Assembly: GCA_051047955.1 (NCBI GenBank)
Contig: JBPGPT010000065.1
Span: 1-32,787, forward strand
Direction: 5' to 3'
From: Cystobasidiomycetes sp. EMM_F5
Lineage: Eukaryota
DNA: 32,787 bases
A program made the translations under genes and the position numbers. The notes beneath the pieces are model-generated. The model was not told where the DNA came from. It searched no databases and saw only the letters and a list, made by a program, of their open reading frames with translations. Shown piece by piece: positions 22,411-32,787 of the stretch (its first letter is position 1; every line of letters starts with the position of its first letter).

Positions 22411-24067
22411 CTACCATTCCTGAATTGCCGTCTCTACGATAGGGCGGATCGTTTTTCGCCCTTCTCCTTTACCAGTCTGTTTCCATGCGAAACGCTGATG
22501 ACCCCAATCATCTTCGTCCTTCCATGGTTTCAGGCTTAGTTCTTTGTTTGTGGCCAAAGCTCCACGGACTTTGTGGTAAATTCGCTCGGCTCCCTCTTCG
22601 TTCAAATTTTGCCCGTGCTTAACAGCTAAGATTAACTCTCGGACCTTGTCTCCGTCTGCCGTCTTTGATTTCGTCATTATGATGAGAACGTCAACTTTGT
22701 TGTCAGTGATCCATTCTCTCGTTTCGTGGAATAAGCCTTCGATGGTACCGTTCTTGGCTCGATCTACCATTTCTGCCAATGACTCTGGTACATTGGCGTA
22801 CCCCACATTCACAGGCAAAGTCGAATTGTACATGAGATCACCTTTGTAATCTCGGCTGAGCCAGCAGGAACAGTCAGCTCAGACGCAAACGCTCGCCGAG
22901 AAGGCTTTCACCTGTACAGCTGTGCCAGGGAAAGGTCTTTTATTTGGCCTTGCGCATGCTTGAGATCTTTGCTTAGCTTCTTCATCGATTTCTTGAAACT
23001 GCTCTTCTGATGCGAAGAACGGCCGAACAATGCTCTGGCGCTTCGCATGTCTGCCTTTTGGGATTTCCCTTTCTTCAAACCTTTAGTGTCTATTGCGATA
23101 GCGCTAAGCAAGAGATCCGCCAGTCCAACCGGAATCGGCTGATGCCGATGCTCGCCGTCGATGATTATCTTGCTTACTAGCGAAGAAGCAGAGCCCACCA
23201 TTTCAACAATACCTAATTCAACCATTTCAGCCAGATAATGTTTTTGCTAAGTCAACTTTTCGGCGCAGGTACTGACGGGGATTAGCGCTCGTATTGATGC
23301 CTCTATCTTGGTGGCTGCCAAAAACAGTCATTCGTCAAGGCCAGCATCGTTTCGAAAGTTCCCTACTGATCGACTATCCCGAGAATAGGTGCTCCAGCCC
23401 AGTATCTGAGCGCGGTCGGAACAATAAGCTAACGATGGCTTGAATGTTCAGTGACGCAGACACTCACGACAGGGGGCGATTATGGTCGACGAGCATTAAC
23501 CCCTTGATCATTTGAGCCACCTTACCGCGATGGAAAGGTAGCTGATCTAGAGCTGGACAGTGTACTTGTCAGGTAACGAGTATGTATCCATTTGCCAATT
23601 TTAGTACGCACTGAGGAGATCTTGATGAACGCTTTCCATTCTGGCAATCTTGAGGGCAAGCGTGTTTTCTGGGCGGTAGCTGATTGCTTTTCGGTCAATC
23701 TGTAGTAGGGCTACTGCTTTTTCGGGCCGTTCAATTCGATGCGCTAGATGGTACGCCAGTGCAAGGGAAGAAACCATGCTGTCGGTGTCTGCGCAGGCAT
23801 AATGTCAGCCGTCAGATGAGTATATGAGAACTGCATCTACTCGCCTGCCGCTTCGTTACCGATGACCACAACCCATTCATTGACGCCGCCCTTGCGGAAA
23901 GCCTGCAGAAAGTCGGTCTTGGATTGATTGCACCATTGTGACAGATGCGACCGGCTATAGGCTGCGTGCGGCAGGTCTTGCAGGAAAGGGTGTTGATCGG
24001 TCGGAGCAGGAAAAGCCCTTGCGCTTAGGGAGAACAGTAAGGATGGAAGCCAGAAAGGTAAATGCAT
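22411..24067 (-). CDS. DHH-family exopolyphosphatase (Ppx1/prune-like) with a predicted signal peptide
   Basis: Spliced GNEAADTDS, VDHN, VDHH, VGSASSLV, AIAIDT, GRKTIRP; hydrophobic N-terminus MHLPFWLPSLLFSLSARA. Confidence 0.88.
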
Positions 24068-24568
24068 GGTCGCGTTCGAGGTTTTGTCAAGCTATGGGTT
24101 TGAGAGCGACTGTGAATGCGCGGACTGCACCTCAACGGGCTCAGTGTGTGAACTGGAAGCACCAAGGAGGATTGTGAGGATGATTGGCATTTGTATGTAC
24201 AGGTACATGCGGTACAGGCTGTCAGGACGCTGCCATCGTCGGTTCGGTGACTTGATGCACGTCACCGCGGGTGCAGTACCAATACTTCCGCGCTGTCCGA
24301 TTACACAGGCTGCGGAGCCCCTGCTTCACGGATGCATATCCTGTTTTCGCGCCAAACCGATTGGAAAATGACCGCATTCGTTTGCGAACGCGCTGGTGAT
24401 ACGAATCTGCTACATCAGTGGGGCCACTGGGACGCGCTTCATTGCACCTGTGTCGACAGTCCCATACTGCTGCTGGAGCTGTTGTCTGCGATCTCGTCCG
24501 GATCGCCTACAATTTCACCGACATTGCTGCAGTGCGACTGAGCGGCTGGACTGCCCTCGACACAGATT

Positions 24569-27124
24569 ATGGGCTTCGAAGCTGAACTCGATGCGAATGC
24601 AGTGGTTGGTAAGCATGCAGGGTACAGTGGGAGACTGTGCGAACGAAGCTGAGACGTTGGTTGCCAAAACTGACCCGCTGCTTCGCAATGCACAATATAT
24701 AGAATGGCGAGAAGCCTACATCGACTATGGCCGTATCAAGAAACTGATTGCAGAAGCCTCAAACTCAAGTGAAGGCAGTCGCGGCATGGAGACGCTCTAT
24801 CCTCCAGCAGACAATCTCAATGATAGCGAACTCAAGATCTTCCACACGCTAGATGCAGAATTGGAGAAGGTGCGGCCGGCACTGAATAGAGCTTGACACT
24901 CCCGCAACAAACCATACACAGCCCTGGCTGACTACGATTGCTGTATGCAGACGCAAGCATTCTATACGGAGCTGCTGGCACGAGCTCGCAAGCGACAGGA
25001 TGTCCTGTCACAGCAGTATCGGCAACTCGCACGACATCGCGAACAATATAAATCGGCCGTAAAGAGGACTTCCCTCTATCTTCGCACTGTAATGCGACTG
25101 TGCAAAACGATAAAGCAACGCTTATTTCCAGAGGCGCCTTCCGGCAGCGAAGACGATTCATCTTCTGTGCATCCATCATACGACCGCGACCCACTAGGCT
25201 ACGGTCAAGCTTATCGGAAGCTGGATGCTGCGACATGCGAGTACTATGTCTACCTGGAGAGTATTCAGAGATATTGTGACTGGAGTAAAGCCGGCTTTGC
25301 GAAAGCGACTAAAAAGGTCGAACAGGAGATTCAGATCAAATGCCACGAAGAGTACATGGAAGTCGTACGCCAGCACACCTTTAGCGTGCCCTCAGCTTTG
25401 GACGACTTGCAAGTTTGGTGCGAAACCGCTTACAGTGCAAACTTTGGAGACGACAACTCTCGTGCAGCACGGAAACGTTTACGGGCCATCATTCGCAAAA
25501 ACGGATCATACAGCTTGGCTGTCTGGAGGTCGGGCGTCTTCATTGGCGTGACTGTGGTAGCTCTGCTAACAACGTTTACTATATGTGAGCTCACTACATG
25601 CAGTGTATTAAATACTGTTGCTAACGTCTCAGATGGTACCTTTGCAGTGTACGGCTCTGCCGCACGCCAACGTCTGCCCAATTATTCGATGAGTACGTTT
25701 CGTCTGGAAGACTCGCAGGGAGGCCATTGATCTTGATATCCGCTCCCACAGTACTTCAAGTCTATGCAATACTCATGCTGCCTTGTCTACTGTCGCTGCT
25801 GACTGGTCTCAACTGGCTTGCGTGGGACGCTGCTCGCATCAACGTCCCACTCGTCTTTTCCCTCGCGCGCAAAACGCACATTGCGCGGAATCAGTATTAC
25901 GAAATGCCAGCCTTTCTTCTTTGCTTAAGCAGTCTTATTTTAATGGGTACGGTCTGCCTCGCATCGACCCCAGCGGACGTATATCACTGGATCGTCATCT
26001 GGTTATTCAGTATGCTCGTTTTCATGTGCAACCCTTTGCCCGTCTTTCACCATCATGCGCGATGTTGGTTCTTGAGAAGTACCCTGCGCGTACCGATGAG
26101 CGGCTTCATTCGAGTAGAGGTAAGTGAGACTATACAGCGATATGCTCGCCCACTCATCATGAGAACCGGCAGTTCCGGGATTTCTGGCTAGGGGACGAGC
26201 TGTGCTCCCTATATTACAGCACATCGAATTTCTACCGTGAGGACGCATTTGATACAGTCGAACATGCCTGAAGTGTACTCCTGACAGTGCTAGGATGTGC
26301 TTTGAAGTCTCATTTTTCCACTGATATAACATCGAAATGCTCACCAAATGAGAGCTGGATCACACCATTTCTGGCGTGCATGCCATTCATCTTCCGCTTC
26401 GGTCATTCTGCGCGTCGATACTATGATGAACAGAACAAGTCGTTCGTAGCCACGCTTTCGCCTTATACCCGCAGCTGAGTCTGACGTCCATTTGGCGTCC
26501 TTTCAGACTGCACCTGGTCAACATGTGCAAATACAGTCTGAGTGTCGTATACTTATTTATCTACTATGATTGGCGTATTCAAGGTTCTTCACGGTGCATT
26601 TAGGCATTTGGCCCGTCTGATCTGCTTACAATCCAGGTTCACAAGCCAATCGTGTCAAGGTCTTGTTTATTATCATCGCAACGATGAACAGTTTGGCTTC
26701 GTATACTTGGGACGTTTGGGTCGACTGGGATCTCGGCTATCGGCGTGCTTCCTTTCCAATGTTGCGGCCGAAGCTAGCCTACGGCAAGCATGTTTGGGTA
26801 AATACTGCTATTCATTATCTACGCACCCAATACAAGCTGACAGTCTTGACAGTTTTACTACTTTTCGATTGCCATAAATCTCATCCTTCGCTTCTCGTGG
26901 ACCATCTATTTGACTGGAATTCCGTATACGAGTGCGCTCAGTTTTCTTTCCGCACTCATGGAAGTGTTTCGCCGCTGGATTTGGAATGTATGTACGAATG
27001 ATCTCGTAAGAATACGCAGCACCTCATCGCTATTATCAAACAGTATATACGTGTGGAAGCGGAAAACAGTGGAAATGTTGACGATTTCCGTGTTGCACGG
27101 ACGGTTGTAGGTGATACACCTTGA
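24569..27124 (+). CDS. SPX-EXS domain protein (Syg1/XPR1/PHO1 family phosphate exporter)
   Basis: EWREAYIDY...KKLI, LDAELEK, GFAKATKK (SPX); FRDFWLGDELCSL, RRYYD, HLVNMCKY, YTWDVWVDW, EVFRRWIWN (EXS). Confidence 0.92.
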
Positions 27125-27722
27125 TATCTTGCATCTGAGTGGCTCAATTCTGCCTCTAGCCGCTGCCGTATGCAAATGGCAAGAGCGATCGTAAGCCGTT
27201 CGGGACAGACGTAAACGTCTTTCAGTTCTAGTCAGCTAAAAGAGCGCAGCTTATAACCCTGGGATGTACAGTAAGTAGAAGAATGCCACCTTCAGCAGAG
27301 CGTCTTCAGTGGTTATGCTTGCCCACTGATTTGCGAATCTCGCCGCGATCTCTGTTATTCTGGTCAATCTTCAACGTCGCCGACGAAATTGTCCTTCGAC
27401 TGACAGCATTCGCTCAACGGGCTGAGATATCCTTCGGTCATTCGAGTCAAGCAACAACTCCAGCTATCGTATTCATGCATAGCTGCATTCTAACCATGGA
27501 GAGACGGTCAGCCAGATTGCGCAAGTGACTGACTTCCAGCACATATCTCCTTCCTCGGATCTTCAAGCGATGATCTGTATCTTTGGTTGCATGGCTCTGC
27601 ATTCATGCCGTATCCATACCATGTGTATATATCAACCTCTGGCATTGTAGGATTGAGCGAATCAAAGCCTGCGTCGCTCAGCGTTTCCCAGCCACCTCAC
27701 ATAAATGAGTGCGGCTCCTCCT

Positions 27723-30700
27723 TCAACCATCATCTTCTTCCTCCATCTGCTGAGCCAGTGCAGAACACCGCGCTAAGGAATAATCTTCCAAATCAACGGC
27801 TAGACCTCGTCCCGCCATCTTGGCTTTTCCTCGGTTCTGCCTCTCGTTGAACAGGTAGATATAGCCAATCTGACACCATGCGATGGCAATCGCGTGACAG
27901 TAGGTGCGGAGAAGCCACTTCCATGGACAATTGGCCGAAGGGAAAAGAGGCACGTCTTTCAGTTGCGCTAATTCGTACGCATAGCCCCTGGCAAACCGAC
28001 TGCCGATTGACACATGACGTGTTCCTTGGTGGTTGTTCTTAGCCTGATTAGGATTCCACAGTACAGCGGCAACGCTGTCTGGCGATCCGCTCATTCCGAA
28101 TTGTTGCTCGAGTATAACCGCCATGTATTCCGGATTTGGCAACATCCAGTTCGTCCGGTGACTCTTAGTACTGTGCATATTGTCTGCGGTACTGGCGATG
28201 GCGGCTCCGACAAGCCCATACACCGCATCTGTATATATTGTCTTAAAAAGCTGACAATCCTTTCGTGCGACCGATCGGATTTGTGCAGACCAGTACACAT
28301 CGAGCCAGGATTGGAGGATGGAGATTGGTAAGACTGGATGTTCTGAGCGCATTGTCCATGCCGCGAAGAACAAAAGCGCAGAAAAGATGGCGGAACGATG
28401 CCTCTGAAAAGGCGGATGTTGTTGCAAGACGGTCTATACATTGAATGTAAGCAGTTGCACGCGCCGCCAGAATTGCAACGCACTCGGATTCTACGGAAAT
28501 TCTCGATCATCAGGCGGATCCCATCGTGTGTCCTGCCATCACTCCGATGTCGTCCTTCGCGCTTCATCCACACGCGCATCCCCTTTGACCGCTTCTGCTT
28601 GATCTCCTGCAGCAAAAGCCGACCGGTGAGCCTACCTTTGTCCAAATTCTCCGCCGTCACACTTGCAACATCCTTAGCTGCATAAGCGATGGTCTTTTCA
28701 AGCAAAGCGGCCATATCGAACGGCATTGCATCCCTCTCCCCGATTAAGCGCTCGGTTAGTATTTCTGATTGACCTTTAGCTAAACTAGCCTTTTCTGTGA
28801 GCTCTGCTAGAACCGCATCTGCACGGTCATAATCCGTCGGATCATCGTTGCGGTAAACCCAAGAACGGTCGTCGTCTTTGTTTGCTGGACTCTCGTTCAG
28901 CTCATGCACTGGATCATTTTCGGGTATCGACGATCCAAACAGAGCGTCTTCGTTCAGATCCGGGTCCTTCTTGAACTCGAGGATGAACGGTTCAATTAAG
29001 CTTGCAAATTCTCTGTCGACGTCGCGCACGTCAAGGGCGGGTGTTTGTGCAACTGGTCCGGCGTGATATCGAGTCCGCACGCTCTGAAGCAGTTTTCGTA
29101 TCCCATAGTCCGCCAGGCCTTGGTTATCCCTGCACTGTCTCAATTGTATAAAGACCTTGAAGAATTGTACGACCTCTGTGGGGGTCTGGTCTCAGTGAGT
29201 AGCACCCCGATAATCATCCAATCCTAGCACCCCCTTGTTCATGGATGACGACTTGGCAGCGTATTCTTCTAGCCTAGGTCGTACGCGCTTGAATATGGCC
29301 TCCTTGAGATCAATGGAATTGGGGCGATGACTGGTGAAGTATTGGGCGAGGTTGTTGAAAGATGTTGAGGTGCATCCGTCGTGCTCTCTGGCAAGATTCC
29401 AAAATTCCTTCCTGCGAGCCTCCGTTAGCTGGAAGTGTTGGCCGACGAGGACGGGAATGTTTCTCGACGCCTCATACCGGGCCACCGTAAGCTCGAATAA
29501 GCTCTCCTCGGTCTTCTTTAACCAGCCAAAAGCCCAGTGCCCTTCCTTGAAGTAGTCTTCTACCTTGCGGGGCGCGCCATTGTAGTAGCTCAGCACTGCG
29601 GATTGTGTCTGCGCCCAATCTAATAAGCTTTCTGCTATCCAACCTTCATCGTGCAGCGTTTTATGTTGCGTTTTGAATGCCTGGAGCTGTTCTTTATGGC
29701 GTTGTGATACGTCTTGAGTCATCCGCTGAAAATGGATGCATTGGCGTATTTTCTGCGCTCTCTCCGAGTCTCCATTGAGGCCTAGTCCTATCCATGATGC
29801 GAACAGTCGCTGCCGGAACTTGATCATCTGTTCAGCCAAAGCCATCGATTTCGCGTCTTTTTCTGCACCCGCCCTCGGACCGCTCATTCGACTAATTCTG
29901 ACGCGAAGATCCTCCTCGAGAGCTTTGACGGACTCAGCGATAGCCTATAGATGGCCAAGAGACACTGTCAAAGACTGAATGTTTGGCAAATGCGACTGAC
30001 TGACCTCATCTCTTGACCGCGATCCAAGCGCGACAGATGCTAGTGGTTCCAGGGCGGTCTCGTCGGAAGGGCCGTCTAGTCGTCAGACGTATTTGCCCCT
30101 GTCGGTGTTCCGCCATTATCGCTGGCCTGTAGGTATGAGTGTATGCGTCAAGAGAATATGGAAAGTAGAGCATTAGTAGTGATACGCTTACCTCATCCCT
30201 TGAGGCGTATCCGGGGACAGCGCCGTCTTCGTTGGCTTCTTCAGTTACATCAGGTGTCCCATCATCGTCTTGGTAATTATCTTCGTCCTCATCTCTGTCT
30301 TCGTTATCATCACCCTCGGTGCAGCCATGTGTCGCCAGTCCTTCGGCTAGCAACGATGCTGTTTCGTGTGGCGATGACGGAACAAATTCATCGAAAAGAG
30401 ACTTAACAACGCGGTGCTCGTTGGGGTGTTGATGTCGATCTTTGCGTTCAGGAATGGACACTGCTTTGATTTCGTACGGGTACGAGTGAGGACTCCTGAC
30501 CGATAAAGAATTCTCAGCGGTCCATTGGGCTCGAGTAGAGAGGCTCAAAGCCCTCTCTACACGTGAAACCTCCTGCGGGGGCGCTTGAGTGGGGATTATT
30601 GGTGTAGCGGGCGAAGTAGGGATCATAGTGTCAGCTTCCGGATCTTGCAAGACAGCCCATCTTAGCGTCGGAGTCGCAATTTTCCCGAGAGGTTGTATTT

Positions 30701-31074
30701 GGTAGACCTGGCCTGCAGGTTCGTTCAGATACAAACAATTGCCCTGCAGGCAGGATCGCCAACCTACCGATGTCACCTGCCTTCTGGTCGTGCTCCTGAT
30801 GCGGCAGAGGTCTGTATACGGGCACAAAGGGAAGAATAGGGAGTCAGTTGCAGTACATACTATGGCCAGTCAAATATGCCCACGGTAAGGATGACGCGGG
30901 GGCTGCGTTCTGATCTCCATCTGAGGGCGGTTCATCAGCATACTGATCTGCGTGCAAACCATCATTACGAGCGGACTTGCCTGTAACGAGGCCCAGGCGA
31001 ATAGCCCTTTTGGCATGTCTAGCTCTCAATACGTCCAGACGGTCTGCGTAGCGTGGATGTACTATCAGAGTCAT
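27723..31074 (-). pseudogene. Large orphan multi-exon gene, apparently disrupted
   Basis: Long ORFs joined by canonical introns, with an in-frame TGA at 29192-29194 and an apparent 1-nt frameshift near 30078. No recognised domain; both ends are uncertain. Confidence 0.55.
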
Positions 31075-31216
31075 CTTGTGCTGTAGGGTTGCTTGTCTGC
31101 TGAATTTGCTGGATTGTTTGTCGATGTTGGATTCAGTTCGTGAGTTGTTGACCGCGCCAACTTGGTTAGTATCGTTACAACATTCTCAAAAAACAACAAC
31201 CGCGAACACTGCAAAC

Positions 31217-32233
31217 ATGGACCTCATTGCCGAGCTTACGCAGAGGTTTACGGAACTGCAAACACTATGCAAAGCTCTGTCTTCCGACAAAAGAGACTGG
31301 CAGCAACGTAGTGATCTACTTCACCGCGAAATTGAACGCTTGCGCAGCCAAGTTCAGATGCTCGAGCGTGGTACTTCGTCTGGAGATGACCAAGTGGTTA
31401 AGGATGTAATTGCTGCATTCGAGGACGACTACGAAAAGTTGTGCGAGGTCAATGCTGTGCTGCGAAAAACGAATGAGGGTTTAGAAGCGAAAGCAACTGC
31501 CTACGAACGACAAGTTAATGCTCTGTTAGATGAAAAACAAGCTTTGAAGGAGTCCTTCGCCAAGGAGCGGGAGGTATTGCACCAGGAACTGAAGGACCTC
31601 AAGAAGGTTGCCTTGGAGGCGCATGAAGACACAACGGAGCTTCTTCGGCTTACTCCAGTAATAGAAAGATGCCGTGAGTATTCTACACGTATACGACCGG
31701 TCACCTACTGAATGAGTTGAATCTCGATATGTCTTTGTCCTGCCTGCTTCTTGAGACCAGTGTGCTCCGATTACCTTGCGGGAGCTGGTGCCCTGACAGA
31801 AGAACATCGTTTGGTGCTCGATAAGGTGATAACACGCAAATCGCTGCAAAGCTCCAATATGGATTTCGCAAAAGCAGTGCAAACACAGCCCAAGAAGGCT
31901 TCTCTCCCGCCGAAGCTACCCCTTCCCCGCGCTGATCAGGGACAGGCTGAAATCGGTGCCACCAAGCTGACAGATTCCGGCTTCTACGGACCAGTACGCG
32001 TCAGGCCTGCTCCTGCTGCCACTTTAGGTCAGCCTACGATACCAAACGCCAAAAATGCATCTCCGGTTTCGTTCGGAAAACACGTCAGGGTGCAGACGAC
32101 GTCGAGTAGCGCATCGGCTTCGCAAGAACGCAAAAAGCCCAGATTAGTATCTCCAACTCCGCGAGGCGCAAAGGAACATGTACTACGCCAACACCATCGC
32201 GGTAGGTGCATCCAGCACATCTTATTCACTTAA
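31217..32233 (+). CDS. Hypothetical protein: N-terminal coiled coil plus P/S/K-rich tail
   Basis: Heptad-like E/K/L-rich ORF from MDLIAELTQRF; an intron at about 31674-31760 joins the next ORF in frame. The 3' end is uncertain. Confidence 0.6.
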
Positions 32234-32668
32234 AGACTCACTGCGAACCCCGCAGAATCTGATACAACAGAATGGACGGAAAACACCTCAAAGGCGTCCA
32301 AGAAAAAGGTATAGTCGCAATGTTGCGTGCCAAGGGTGCAGCGTTTCCCATCTAGCAGTAGCAAAGATTGTGTACACATCGACTCATCGGTGCCCGTTAT
32401 GGGTGACTCAGTTGTTGCTGGCGGACAGCATCATTGTCAACGATAACTCATTCTGCCGCTTTTTACATTCTGCCATTCCTTCATTTTGGCTCAGTATTCG
32501 CCGACCATCAGTAGTTGCAATTGCTCAGAACGTGCCGACGGTCGATGCGAGAAAGAAAAGTAGCACACCGAGATGCTCGCCTAAGTAACGATAATGTTGA
32601 ATAGCTACAACGAACAAGAGCATGAGGCTGATCCTTACATTTCATAAGCGATTATGACGTCTACCCTA

Positions 32669-32787
32669 CTGCCCAGCCTGGAGGGAGAGAGTGGGCGGAG
32701 GGAGAGAGTGGGCGGAGAGGGTGGGAGAAGTAAGGCTGCCCAGCCTAGGGGTAGAGAGAGTGGAGGGAGAAGGTGGGCGGAGTGGAG
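32669..32787. repeat. Purine-rich repeat: 17-nt unit twice within a ~67-nt unit starting CTGCCCAGCCT
   Basis: GAGGGAGAGAGTGGGCG at 32681-32697 and 32698-32714; CTGCCCAGCCT at 32669 and 32736; runs to the window end. Confidence 0.85.

Noticed and set aside
24068..24568. Pho4-type E-box in the phosphate gene promoter
   Set aside because: Only CACGTC was seen; no CACGTG or CACGTT.
29192..29194. Selenocysteine or programmed read-through at the in-frame TGA
   Set aside because: No redox motif or recognisable SECIS; a second lesion in the same gene makes decay the simpler explanation.

Overview
Eukaryotic DNA, very likely fungal and probably a basidiomycete (inferred from the many 50-90 nt introns, some with GC-AG ends). 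1-5.8 kb is a nest of transposable elements. It holds a decayed Ty3/Gypsy retrotransposon on the minus strand (5' LTR 4126-4560, an 11-nt Tf1-type self-priming PBS, gag, a GGGAAAC -1 frameshift with pseudoknot, and PR-RT-RH-IN). Its integrase is cut at 184/185 by another TG..CA-ended element, and a related element end at 5806 carries a small Zn-finger ORF. 6.9-9.2 kb is an apparently intact 7-exon gene: a long disordered N-terminus fused to an I-PpoI-like His-Cys box/His-Me endonuclease domain. 9.7-21.1 kb is a compact catabolic-type cluster: SDR, Zn2Cys6 transcription factor, MFS sugar-porter, SDR, Baeyer-Villiger monooxygenase, SDR. 22.4-27.1 kb is a head-to-head pair: a signal-peptide-bearing DHH exopolyphosphatase (Ppx1-like) and an SPX-EXS (Syg1/XPR1-like) protein. 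27.7-32.3 kb holds a disrupted orphan gene and a divergent coiled-coil gene, followed by a G/A-rich repeat at the window edge. Exon boundaries were placed by eye and family calls come from remembered motifs; no database search was run.
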